From NCBI GenBank assembly GCA_017134395.1, contig CP070993.1, positions 23,231 to 87,230 on the forward strand: DNA of 64,000 nt, in the 5' to 3' direction. Positions 27,961 to 37,873 of this stretch are shown in pieces. The position numbers were made by a program, and so were the translations under genes. Under the pieces are notes generated by a model that saw nothing but the letters and a program-made list of their open reading frames with translations, was not told the origin of the DNA and ran no database searches. The stretch is from Candidatus Kaiserbacteria bacterium (GTDB lineage: Bacteria; Patescibacteriota; Minisyncoccia; Phycocordibacterales; UBA2100). How positions within the stretch are numbered: position 1 is the first letter of the stretch; the number at the start of each line of letters is the position of its first letter.

Positions 27961-28329
27961 ATGAATAAAAACACATTACATATAGATATAGATACTTCTG
28001 TTGAAGAACTCTTTGCATTTACCATAGATCCAAACAACACTGGTTCTTGGGTCGGTACAATAGAAAAAGAGATTGTTGATGCGTACCCTATTGGGCTTGG
28101 GACAATATATACGAATGACTTTTCGAAACTTGTCGTCTCGGCTTTTATCCCAAACGAGTTATTTGAGCTAAGTGAGATCAATGGGGAGTATAGAGTCCGA
28201 TATACATACACGTCGACAAAAGAGGGTTCTCATCTTGAATATGCTGAATGTATGAAAGATGGATCAGACTTAAATAAACCATTTGTGCAAGAGAATTTAG
28301 AGAAACTGAAGAAGGTGTTAGAAGAGTAA
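27961..28329 (+). CDS. SRPBCC (START-like) family protein
   Basis: IDIDTSVEELFAFTIDPNNTGSW...ENLEKLKKVLEE pattern. Confidence 0.7.
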   Translation: MNKNTLHIDIDTSVEELFAFTIDPNNTGSWVGTIEKEIVDAYPIGLGTIYTNDFSKLVVSAFIPNELFELSEINGEYRVRYTYTSTKEGSHLEYAECMKDGSDLNKPFVQENLEKLKKVLEE

Positions 28330-28334
28330 GATGT

Positions 28335-28985
28335 ATGACACATTTTCATTTAATTACATTGTTTCCAGAATCAATCGAGGGGTACTTTAATACCTCGATG
28401 CTTAAACGCGCACAACGCGATAAGAAGATTAAAGTTTCGTATTATAATCCCCGCGATTTTACGAAAGATAAACACAAGAGGATTGACCAAAAACCGTATG
28501 GCGGTGGTCCTGGAATGGTGCTTGAAGCCGAGAGTGTATTGAAGGCAGCACGCAAAGCTATTGGACGCAAAGATTTAAAAGATGTTGAGGTGATTTTCTT
28601 TTCACCAAGTGGAAAGCAGTTTGAACAAAAAGATGCGGTACGCTTAGCAAAGAAAAAGAAACACATTGTTTTTTTATGCGGACATTACGAAGGAATTGAC
28701 GCACGCGCCGTTAAAATATTGAAAGCAAAATCTGTTTCTGTTGGCCCATTTGTACTCACAGGAGGCGAGCTACCTGCGGCACTTGTAGCCGATGCGGTAA
28801 CGCGAAATATAGAAGGCGTATTAGGAAATGCAGAATCTCTTGAAGATACGCGAGTAGCAAGCCCTGAGGTGTATACACGGCCTGAAATTTTGAAATGGAA
28901 AGGGAAGAACTACAAGGTACCAAAGGTATTACTCTCGGGACACCATGCAAAAATTGAAGAGTGGAAAAAGAGGAAGCGGAAATAG
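28335..28985 (+). CDS. trmD: tRNA (guanine-N1)-methyltransferase
   Basis: ITLFPE, PYGGGPGMV, CGHYEGIDAR, FVLTGGELPA, YTRP, LLSGHHAKI. Confidence 0.97.
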   Translation: MTHFHLITLFPESIEGYFNTSMLKRAQRDKKIKVSYYNPRDFTKDKHKRIDQKPYGGGPGMVLEAESVLKAARKAIGRKDLKDVEVIFFSPSGKQFEQKDAVRLAKKKKHIVFLCGHYEGIDARAVKILKAKSVSVGPFVLTGGELPAALVADAVTRNIEGVLGNAESLEDTRVASPEVYTRPEILKWKGKNYKVPKVLLSGHHAKIEEWKKRKRK

Positions 28986-29047
28986 TATTGCACTAGTTCA
29001 AGAAAGGCTATAGTATCGATGGTAGATTCGTACGAAAGGAGAGACAA

Positions 29048-29344
29048 ATGGCAGATGTAACAAATGCGGTTAGTTTAAATCCCGAGGATTATCCAGAAGA
29101 CACGACGGTTTCTTTTAGGATTACAAATCCGGAAGTTACACTGAAGGCGAAAATTATTTCAGCCAGTTATCACGAAAAACTTGGCTGTTTACGTATCAAG
29201 ATTCGTCCTGACAACAGTCCGTATGGAGATTACGAGAACATCTCGTATTATGAAGCCAGTGGTGAGTGCATCTTTCGGTTCAAACCTGAAGGTGGGAAAC
29301 CAAAAGGGCTGGAGTTGCTCGGGACGCTGACTGTCGTCACGTAA
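29048..29344 (+). CDS. hypothetical protein
   Basis: 98-aa ORF with AAGGAG SD; terminator at 29362-29394. Confidence 0.65.
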   Translation: MADVTNAVSLNPEDYPEDTTVSFRITNPEVTLKAKIISASYHEKLGCLRIKIRPDNSPYGDYENISYYEASGECIFRFKPEGGKPKGLELLGTLTVVT

Positions 29345-29418
29345 GATGTCTCAAAAGAAACAAAACCCGAATCGCAAAGCGATTCGGGTTTTTTGTAACT
29401 AAAGATCTACCCCTCCTT

Positions 29419-29595
29419 TTATCCCACCTTTTCAATTGGGCGTCTAGGCTCCTTCTTTGACCCTTTGCAGTTTGGGCAAGTGAGATCTTTGTTGTCAGGA
29501 TTTGTGTGTGGTGGAGCGGCTATCGTACCTGAACCATCACACGACTGACAATCAATGAGAGCAGATTTGGTCGTGTTTGGATGAGATTTTGGCAT
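29419..29595 (-). CDS. small DnaJ-type zinc-finger protein (58 aa)
   Basis: AGGAGG SD; CQSCDGSG and CPNCKGS motifs. Confidence 0.7.
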   Translation of the reverse strand: MPKSHPNTTKSALIDCQSCDGSGTIAAPPHTNPDNKDLTCPNCKGSKKEPRRPIEKVG

Positions 29596-29702
29596 GCCAA
29601 CCTCCTTTTGCCTGCTATAGAACATACACAAGGTTTTAGTAATTTGCAAAGTAAAAACCCGCACGAATGAATTCGTGCGAGTTTTGTCTGATCTAAGCGT
29701 TT

Positions 29703-29957
29703 CTACACCCAGCATTCTATGTGAATAGACAGTGCCGCCCATCCGACACATAGAATTGCTTGGATCATTACAGAAACAAGAAAGCAGTAACCTGAGATTG
29801 CTTTCAACCAATCAAGTTGCGTACGGTATGCCCATGCAAAAAGCAAAATACTCACTAAACAGACAGATAACAAAACGTACGTTCCATACACCAATATGTC
29901 TGCGAACAGTTCATACAGTGCCGGGTACTCACTGACTGATAGACAGGTACCCTCCAT
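29703..29957 (-). CDS. small two-TM membrane protein
   Basis: AAGGAG SD, two hydrophobic segments, terminator hairpin at about 29654-29686. Confidence 0.6.
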   Translation of the reverse strand: MEGTCLSVSEYPALYELFADILVYGTYVLLSVCLVSILLFAWAYRTQLDWLKAISGYCFLVSVMIQAILCVGWAALSIHIECWV

Positions 29958-30052
29958 GTGTATCTCCTTTTCTTCTGAGGTAACCCTAACATGCGAGTAG
30001 TACTAAGGAAATTATATAAAAACATCCAATTAATTGGATGTTTTTAAGTTTA

Positions 30053-30078
30053 CGTAGGTATTTACGTAAATACCTACG
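30053..30078. promoter_or_regulatory. perfect 26-bp palindrome, candidate operator
   Basis: CGTAGGTATTTACGTAAATACCTACG just upstream of an extended -10 (TGATAGAAT) of the AbrB-like gene. Confidence 0.6.
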
Positions 30079-30101
30079 AAGACATGATAGAATGACTTAC
30101 T

Positions 30102-30287
30102 ATGAAGACGAGAAAGCGACTTGGAGAAAATCTTGTTCGTAAATTATCTAAGATTGGAGGATTTAGCTATGGGGTAACATTACCTATAGATATTATCCGG
30201 AAGTTTAAATGGCGTGAACGGCAGAAACTAAAGCTCACCATCGATGAAAAGAAAAATCGAATTATTATCGAAGACTGGAAGAAGTAG
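30102..30287 (+). CDS. AbrB/MazE/SpoVT-like small DNA-binding protein
   Basis: RKLSKIGGFSYGVTLPIDIIRKFKWRERQKL...IIIED swapped-hairpin pattern. Confidence 0.8.
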   Translation: MKTRKRLGENLVRKLSKIGGFSYGVTLPIDIIRKFKWRERQKLKLTIDEKKNRIIIEDWKK

Positions 30288-30289
30288 AT

Positions 30290-30730
30290 ATGGCGCATAT
30301 TCATGAGAAGATAGATTTTACTGTTGAGGTGTTTGTTGTGTATCAAGGTAAAGTTTTGTTACGTAAACATGATAAATATGACATCTGGATTTCAGTTGGC
30401 GGGCACGTGGAACTTGATGAAGACCCAAACGAAGCTGCAATTCGTGAAGTAAAAGAAGAAGTCGGTTTGGACGTTACACTTTTTGATAACCGTGAGTATT
30501 TTGAAGAAGGAGATTTTAAGGAATTGATAGCACCTGTGTCACTTAATCGTCACAAAATCTCTGATACTCATGAACATATTTCGCTAATTTATTTCGCACA
30601 GGCAAAAACCGATGCTGTTATTCCAGAAAAAGAGACTGATGAGTGGCGATGGCTTACCAAAGAAGAAATTGAAGATTTCCCCGAACTTCGCGAGCAAGTT
30701 AGATTTTATGCATTGAAGGCACTAAACTAA
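30290..30730 (+). CDS. Nudix hydrolase
   Basis: GGHVELDEDPNEAAIREVKEEVGL Nudix box. Confidence 0.92.
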   Translation: MAHIHEKIDFTVEVFVVYQGKVLLRKHDKYDIWISVGGHVELDEDPNEAAIREVKEEVGLDVTLFDNREYFEEGDFKELIAPVSLNRHKISDTHEHISLIYFAQAKTDAVIPEKETDEWRWLTKEEIEDFPELREQVRFYALKALN

Positions 30731-30959
30731 TACATATAGTAAGATTGACACTTTTGGGCTGGTCCTGTAGAATACTCGGCATCTTTTTGTGGATTGTGTT
30801 GTGGCAAGTTTCTTGGGTGAGGCTGTGTTACGAAAAGTATTTTTAATACATGGTTAAGCGGTTTAAACAGCATCTAGCTGCGCTTAACTCCTTTATAAAT
30901 AGAGTGTAATTTAAAAGCGAGACACCTCGTACGGGGTTGTTATTGCTCTAATTGTGTAT

Positions 30960-33900
30960 ATGAGTAACACTGCATTACCGAAGAAACACTTCGGCAAGTT
31001 CACGGAGAACCTTGTTGAAACGCCCAACCTTGTACGCGAACAAATCGATTCGTACAAGCGACTATTAGAAGAAGGTATTAAGTCTGTCTTCGAAGAGTTC
31101 TCACCGATTGCTGATTATTCTGGCAAGAAGTTTGATCTCGACATTTCTCACTTTACCATTGGTAAACCTGAGTATGATGAACACTACGCTAAGTTTAAAC
31201 GACTTACGTACAAAGTTCCGCTTCGCATTGAAGCAAAACTCACCAACAAAACGACTGGTGAGAAGAAGACGCAAGAAATCTTTCTTGCAGATTTCCCATA
31301 CATGACCGACCACGGTACGTTCATCATCAATGGTGTTGAACGTGTGGTTGTTCCACAGCTTGCCCGTTCGTACGGTGTTTTCTTCTTGAAGAACCTTATG
31401 AAAGGATCTGAGTACTTTGGTGCAAAGATTATTCCAGCTCGCGGTGCATGGGTAGAGGTGGAGAGTGAACCAGATGGAGCTATTTACGTAAAAATCGACC
31501 GAAAGCGGAAATTCCCAGTCACAACGCTTCTTAAAGTATTTGGGCTTGAAGACGAGAAGGCAATGCTCAAGGCATTTAAGGGAGTAGAAGGAGCCGAAGA
31601 AGCCATTAAAACATCTTTGGAAAACGACCTGACAGAAACAACAGCTGATGCGTTTATTGAAGTATACAAACGACTGCGCGATGGAGATTTAGCAACACCA
31701 GACAGTGCTCGCGAATTTGTACTATCTATCTTTAGCAAGGAGCGATACGATCTTTCACGCGTTGGACGGTACCAGTTCAATCATCGTTTCGACCTCAAGT
31801 CAGAAGGAAAAGCGCTCGACGAACAAACACTTTCAACTGATGATGTTGTTCGTATTGTGTCTCAAATAATTACACTCAACAACACAAAGGGAGCTCGTGA
31901 AGACGACATCGACCACCTTGGTTTCCGTCGTGTTCGTTATGTTGGCGAAATGATGCAGCACCAAGTACGTATCGGTATGAGTCGCATGAAGCGAAACATC
32001 CAAGATCGTATGTCTACAGTGGATGCAGAAACTATTCTCCCAATACAATTCATAAACCCACGTCCATTCTCAGCTGCAGTTATGGAGTTCTTTTCCACAA
32101 ACCAGCTTTCACAGTTCATGGACCAAAACAATATTTTAGGAGAACTTGAACATCTTCGTACACTTAGTGCACTTGGTCCGGGAGGGCTTACTCGAGAGCG
32201 TGCTGGGTTTGATGTACGTGACGTACACACAAGCCACTACGGACGACTTTGCCCGATTCAGACTCCTGAAGGTCAGAACATCGGTCTTATTCTGCGTCTT
32301 GCCGTACACGCACGGCTAAACGACTTTGGTATTATCGAAACACCATACGTGCGGGTTAAAAACGGTAAGGTAACTGATGAAATCGTATACCTTAACGCGC
32401 TTGATGATGAAAAATACTTCATTGCTCACGCTGCAACTGAACGTGACAAGAACGGAAAAATCACAGAAAAACTAATAGAGGTTCGTAAAAAGGGTGAGCC
32501 ATATTTTGTGGAACCCAAAGAAATTGAATTTATGGAGGTAGCAACAGGACAGGCGTTCTCAGTTGCAACAACTATGATTCCATTCCTAGAACACGATGAT
32601 GCTAACCGATCACTTATGGGAAGTAACATGCAAAAGCAGGCGACTCCATGTATCGTCCCTGAAATTCCCTATGTTGCCACAGGTATTGAAGAAAATGCAG
32701 CACGTGACTCAGGACGTTTGGTTATCGCTGACGAAGCAGGAACAGTAACGTACGCTGACGCACGAAGAGTATCGGTAAAGAATGCAAAAGGAAAAGAAAA
32801 GGAATACAAACTTGTCTCATTCTCACGAACAAACAACATGTCATTATTCCACCAGCGTGTTGCGGTGAAGGTTGGAGACAAACTAAAACGAGGTGACGTT
32901 ATTGCGGACACTTCTTCAAGTGTAGGTGGGCAAATTGCTATTGGACAAAACGCACGTATTGCGTTCATGTCTTGGGCAGGAGCCAACTACGAGGACGCTA
33001 TCGTTATTTCAGAGCGTCTAGTAAAAGACAGTAAATTTACTTCAGTTCACGTTGAAGAGTTTGTTGCGTACGTACGTGATACAAAACTTGGTGCTGAAGT
33101 GACAACCTACGATATTCCAAACGTATCAGAAACAAAGCTCCGTAACTTAGACGAAGAAGGTGTGGTGCGCATTGGTGCTGAAATTCGCGCAGGGGACATT
33201 TTGGTAGGTAAAGTAACACCTAAGGGTGAGACACAGCTTACTCCAGAAGAACGATTGCTTCGTTCTATCTTTGGTGAGAAGGCAAAGGATGTAAAAGATA
33301 CATCCCTTCGAATGGAGGCTGGAAAGCGTGGTCGCGTTGTGGGAGTACGAATATTCTCACGAGAAAATGGAGACCAGCTTGAAAGTGGAATCATAAAGCG
33401 CATTCACATTGAAGTGGCACAGCTGCGAAACATTTCAGTAGGAGACAAGCTCGCAGGACGTCACGGTAACAAGGGTGTTATTTCACGAGTTCTTCCAGAA
33501 GAAGATATGCCATACACAAAAGACGGTGAACCTATCGACATTATCCTTACACCGCTTGGAGTTCCATCACGTATGAACTTGGGGCAGATTTTGGAAATGC
33601 ATCTTGGTCTCGCGGCCGAAGAGCTTGGCTACCAAGCTATCGTTCCACCGTTCTCAGGAACAACAGAAGAAGAAATTACAAAAGAGTTGGTAGAAGCTGG
33701 ATTCCCAGAGTCAGGAAAGATTGTACTTCACGATGGACGAACAGGGGAAGCGTTTGACCAACCAATTGCGATAGGAAACATGTACATCCTGAAACTTCAC
33801 CACATGGTAGAAGACAAGATTCACATGCGTTCCGTTGGACCATACTCTATTACGACACAGCAACCTCTCGGTGGTAAAGCTCAAAACGGTGGGCAACGTA

Positions 33901-34133
33901 TTGGAGAGATGGAAGTGTGGGCGATGCTTGGTTATGGTGCGGCATATGCACTACGCGAAGTGCTCACTATAAAGTCCGACGATATTCTCGGACGTTCAGC
34001 CGCTTTCGATGCGATTGTGAAAGGTGAGCGCATTAGGCAACCAAACGTGCCTGCAACGTTCAACGTGCTTGTTCGACACCTTCGTGGACTGGCATTGGAC
34101 ATCAATTTAGAAAGGAATAACGACGACAAGTAA
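30960..34133 (+). CDS. rpoB: RNA polymerase beta subunit
   Basis: GTFIINGVERV, TPEGQNIGL, LMGSNMQKQA, GDKLAGRHGNKG, GGQRIGEMEVW. Confidence 0.99.
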   Translation: MSNTALPKKHFGKFTENLVETPNLVREQIDSYKRLLEEGIKSVFEEFSPIADYSGKKFDLDISHFTIGKPEYDEHYAKFKRLTYKVPLRIEAKLTNKTTGEKKTQEIFLADFPYMTDHGTFIINGVERVVVPQLARSYGVFFLKNLMKGSEYFGAKIIPARGAWVEVESEPDGAIYVKIDRKRKFPVTTLLKVFGLEDEKAMLKAFKGVEGAEEAIKTSLENDLTETTADAFIEVYKRLRDGDLATPDSAREFVLSIFSKERYDLSRVGRYQFNHRFDLKSEGKALDEQTLSTDDVVRIVSQIITLNNTKGAREDDIDHLGFRRVRYVGEMMQHQVRIGMSRMKRNIQDRMSTVDAETILPIQFINPRPFSAAVMEFFSTNQLSQFMDQNNILGELEHLRTLSALGPGGLTRERAGFDVRDVHTSHYGRLCPIQTPEGQNIGLILRLAVHARLNDFGIIETPYVRVKNGKVTDEIVYLNALDDEKYFIAHAATERDKNGKITEKLIEVRKKGEPYFVEPKEIEFMEVATGQAFSVATTMIPFLEHDDANRSLMGSNMQKQATPCIVPEIPYVATGIEENAARDSGRLVIADEAGTVTYADARRVSVKNAKGKEKEYKLVSFSRTNNMSLFHQRVAVKVGDKLKRGDVIADTSSSVGGQIAIGQNARIAFMSWAGANYEDAIVISERLVKDSKFTSVHVEEFVAYVRDTKLGAEVTTYDIPNVSETKLRNLDEEGVVRIGAEIRAGDILVGKVTPKGETQLTPEERLLRSIFGEKAKDVKDTSLRMEAGKRGRVVGVRIFSRENGDQLESGIIKRIHIEVAQLRNISVGDKLAGRHGNKGVISRVLPEEDMPYTKDGEPIDIILTPLGVPSRMNLGQILEMHLGLAAEELGYQAIVPPFSGTTEEEITKELVEAGFPESGKIVLHDGRTGEAFDQPIAIGNMYILKLHHMVEDKIHMRSVGPYSITTQQPLGGKAQNGGQRIGEMEVWAMLGYGAAYALREVLTIKSDDILGRSAAFDAIVKGERIRQPNVPATFNVLVRHLRGLALDINLERNNDDK

Positions 34134-34138
34134 CGCGT

Positions 34139-37100
34139 ATGAAAACAAACAAAGAAATGCTCATAAACGATTTCGACAAGGTTACGCTGAAGCTTGCGTC
34201 ACCTGATCGAGTTCTAGAATGGTCTCGTGGTGAAGTAGTAAAGCCAGAGACTATTAACTATCGAACACAACGTCCTGAAAAGAACGGTTTGTTCGATGAA
34301 AAGATTTTTGGACCGGAAAAAGACTTCGAATGTTACTGTGGAAAGTACCGTGGTATTCGTTTCAAAGGAATTATTTGTGAAAAATGTGGAGTAGAAATTA
34401 CTCGAAGTGTGGTGCGACGCGAACGAATGGGTCACATTGACCTTGCGACACCTGTTGCTCACATTTGGTTCCACCGTGGTATTCCATCAAGAATTGCACT
34501 GCTACTTGGTATTTCGGCTGCTGAAGTTGAAAAGGTAGTGTACTTTGCTGGATACATCATCACTAAGGTAAATGAAGAATCAAAGGGGCGACTACTCAAA
34601 GATCTTGAGAGTGAGTTCAAAGCAAAGAGTAAGGATGTAAAAGATGAAAAGACAAAGAAGAAACTGAAAGAACTGGCAACTGCTGCAAAGAAAGAAATTG
34701 AAAGTATCAAAGAGGGTATCGTACTTGAAGAAGGTGAGTACCATAAGTTTGCGCTTAAGTATTCTTCATGTTTTGAAGCAAAGATTGGAGCAGAGGCACT
34801 GTACGATATCTTTAAAGACCTCGATCTTGAAGTATTCCGTCAAGAATTACTTACCCGGCTTGAAAAAGCAGGTGCAGCTGATCGAGTAAAGCTACAAAAG
34901 CGCATTTCGCTTGTGAAGCAAATGCAAGGAGCTGACGTTCGTCCTGAATGGATGTTCCTCACACAGCTTCCGGTGATTCCACCAGCACTTCGACCGATGG
35001 TTGCTCTAGAAGGTGGACGTCACGCCAGCTCTGATATTAACGACCTGTACCGCCGAGTGATTAACCGAAACAACCGTCTTAAGAAACTAAAAGACATTTA
35101 CGCACCAGACGTTATCTTGCGTAACGAAAAGCGTATTCTGCAAGAAGCAGTCGACGCATTGCTCGATAACTCAGTGCGACGTGGAAACACAGCATATTCA
35201 GTTGGAGGGCAACGATCACGACCACTTAAGTCTCTTGCTGACTATCTAAAGGGTAAGCAAGGGTACTTCCGACAGAACCTTCTTGGTAAACGAGTAGACT
35301 ACTCTGGACGAAGTGTGATTGTTGTTGGGCCTGATTTGGCACTTGATCAATGTGGGCTACCAAAGATGATGGCATTGGAACTCTTCCGACCATTCATTAT
35401 TTCAGGACTTCTTGAACGCGAAATTGCATATAACATTCGTGGAGCAGGACGCCTTATTGAAGAGGGAATTCCAGAAGTGTGGGCAATTCTTGAAGAGGTA
35501 ATTAGCGATAAACACGTGTTGCTAAACCGTGCGCCAACGCTTCACCGTCAGAGTATGCAGGGGTTCCGCCCAGTACTTATTGAAGGAAGCGCTATTCAAC
35601 TACACCCATTGGTATGTGAAGCGTTTAACGCTGACTTCGATGGTGACCAAATGGCTGTGCACGTACCTCTCTCAGACGAGGCACAACATGAAGCGCGGAC
35701 TATTATGTCTGCCAACAAGAACATTTTGAAGCCTGGTTCTGGAGACGTAACCACAAATGCACGACAAGACATGATTCTTGGAATCTACTGGATGACAAAG
35801 ATTGTAGAAGGTGCAAACGGAGAAGGAACAATATTCGAAACAACAAACCGAGCTATCAGCTCATACGATTACGGAGTTGTTGATTTCCGCGCGAAGATAA
35901 AAGTACTCCCAAGTGATTCACCAAAGTACGCAGCGTACAATGGAGAGTTATTTGAAACCACTGTTGGACGACTCTTGTTCAACTCAGTGCTTCCTACAGA
36001 CTTCCCATACATCGACGAAACTGTTGACCGACGACGCATGAATAAGCTCGTTGATGATCTTATTGCTCGTTACGGACTAAGTGGAATGCCAAAAATCCTC
36101 GACAAGATTAAAGTATTCGGATTTAAGTACGCAACATTGTCAGGTATTACGTGGGGACTCTCTGACCTTAAGACACCACCAAAGAAAGAGGTCATCATTG
36201 AAAAAAGCACACAAGCCATTCTTGAACTACGGGCACAATTCAACGACGGACTTCTTTCAGAAGGAGAGCGACGACGAATGGCAATTGAAGTATGGCAGAA
36301 AGCCAAAACTGATATTGAAGATTCTGTGATGGAAGCAGTTGATCCACATGGTTCTGTGAGCGACATGATTACTTCAGGAGCTCGTGGTTCTGTAGGACAG
36401 CTTACACAGATGACAGGTATGAAGGGGCTTATTCAGAACCCGAATGGAGATATTATTGAAACGCCAGTTATTGCTTCGTACAAGGAAGGAATGAAGCCAA
36501 TTGAATACTTTATTACGACTCACGGTTCACGTAAGGGACTCGCCGACACCGCACTTAAAACTGCGCAAGCCGGATATCTCACTCGACGTTTGTTTGACGT
36601 TGCACAAGATATTGTTGTTACTGAAGATAACTGTGGTTCAAAAGAAGGAGTAGAAGTAAGTCGTGTTAATGCACTTGGAATGGAAATTTCACTTGGACGC
36701 GCAACAAAGGGGCGTACAGTTGCTGAGCCAATTATGGATGGCGACAAAGAACTCTTTAAAAAAGGTCACTTAATTTCTGCACTGGATGCTGAAGAGCTTG
36801 CTAACTCAGCAGTACAAACAGTTGTGGTTCGTTCCCCGATGACCTGTAAAACACAACGTGGTGTATGTCAGAAATGTTACGGGTATGACCTTACAACAAA
36901 CGAACTAGTAGATATTGGAGAAGCTGTTGGTACTGTAGCTGCTCAGTCTCTTGGAGAGCCTTCAACACAGCTTACTATGAACACGAAGCACGCCGGAGGA
37001 GCTGCCTCAGTCGGAGGAGACATCACACAAGGTTTGCCACGAGTTGAGGAAGTATTTGACCGACGTTCGCCGAAGAGCCCAGCACTTATTGCACGTATCG

Positions 37101-37804
37101 ACGGAGTCGTGTCTGATCTTATTAAAGAAGGAGACGACACCATCATTACTTTGATTCCAGAAGGAACAAGCAAGAGCTCACGAAAACGAGACATCGAATA
37201 TAAGGTGCCTTCAGTACGTACGATTCTTGTAAAGAAAGGTCAGCCGGTAGTAAAGGGTCAGTTTATGACAGATGGTTCTGCTGAACTTGATGATCTTTAC
37301 CAGTACGCCGGAAAAGAACTAGTACAAGAATATATCATCTCTGAAATCAATAAGATTTACGAGCTTCAAGGTGTTGCGGTATCACGTAAGCATCTCGAAG
37401 TCGTTATCAAGCAAATGTTCTCACGACGAAAGATTAAGAACGCAGGAGACACTAAGTTCTCAATCGGACAAGTTGTAGAAGATGTTGAACTAGAACGAGA
37501 AAATGATCGTATGAAGGAAGCAGGAGGTGATATTGCAACTGCAGATCAGTTGGTAACCGGCATTACCGAAACTGCTCTTACACGAGATAGTTTCCTTTCA
37601 GCAGCATCATTCCAAAATACAACACGTAAGCTCTCAGAAGCTGCTGTTCGTGGAGCGGAAGATAAGCTCGAAGGATTGAAGGAAAACGTTATTGTAGGAC
37701 GTCTTGTTCCAGCTGGAACAGGATTTGTTGGGAGTGCAAAAAACACTGCCATGACAGAGTTGCAGAGTGAACTTTCTGAGAACGAGCGAAAACGAGAGGA
37801 CTAA
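34139..37804 (+). CDS. rpoC: RNA polymerase beta' subunit
   Basis: CYCGKY zinc finger, LLGKRVDYSGRSV, NADFDGDQM, LKENVIVGRL. Confidence 0.99.
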   Translation: MKTNKEMLINDFDKVTLKLASPDRVLEWSRGEVVKPETINYRTQRPEKNGLFDEKIFGPEKDFECYCGKYRGIRFKGIICEKCGVEITRSVVRRERMGHIDLATPVAHIWFHRGIPSRIALLLGISAAEVEKVVYFAGYIITKVNEESKGRLLKDLESEFKAKSKDVKDEKTKKKLKELATAAKKEIESIKEGIVLEEGEYHKFALKYSSCFEAKIGAEALYDIFKDLDLEVFRQELLTRLEKAGAADRVKLQKRISLVKQMQGADVRPEWMFLTQLPVIPPALRPMVALEGGRHASSDINDLYRRVINRNNRLKKLKDIYAPDVILRNEKRILQEAVDALLDNSVRRGNTAYSVGGQRSRPLKSLADYLKGKQGYFRQNLLGKRVDYSGRSVIVVGPDLALDQCGLPKMMALELFRPFIISGLLEREIAYNIRGAGRLIEEGIPEVWAILEEVISDKHVLLNRAPTLHRQSMQGFRPVLIEGSAIQLHPLVCEAFNADFDGDQMAVHVPLSDEAQHEARTIMSANKNILKPGSGDVTTNARQDMILGIYWMTKIVEGANGEGTIFETTNRAISSYDYGVVDFRAKIKVLPSDSPKYAAYNGELFETTVGRLLFNSVLPTDFPYIDETVDRRRMNKLVDDLIARYGLSGMPKILDKIKVFGFKYATLSGITWGLSDLKTPPKKEVIIEKSTQAILELRAQFNDGLLSEGERRRMAIEVWQKAKTDIEDSVMEAVDPHGSVSDMITSGARGSVGQLTQMTGMKGLIQNPNGDIIETPVIASYKEGMKPIEYFITTHGSRKGLADTALKTAQAGYLTRRLFDVAQDIVVTEDNCGSKEGVEVSRVNALGMEISLGRATKGRTVAEPIMDGDKELFKKGHLISALDAEELANSAVQTVVVRSPMTCKTQRGVCQKCYGYDLTTNELVDIGEAVGTVAAQSLGEPSTQLTMNTKHAGGAASVGGDITQGLPRVEEVFDRRSPKSPALIARIDGVVSDLIKEGDDTIITLIPEGTSKSSRKRDIEYKVPSVRTILVKKGQPVVKGQFMTDGSAELDDLYQYAGKELVQEYIISEINKIYELQGVAVSRKHLEVVIKQMFSRRKIKNAGDTKFSIGQVVEDVELERENDRMKEAGGDIATADQLVTGITETALTRDSFLSAASFQNTTRKLSEAAVRGAEDKLEGLKENVIVGRLVPAGTGFVGSAKNTAMTELQSELSENERKRED

Positions 37805-37873
37805 TATCTCGTAAAAGACCTGCGATACGTACCACGCCTTCAAAAGGTAGGCGTGGTATTATTGCATTATCGT

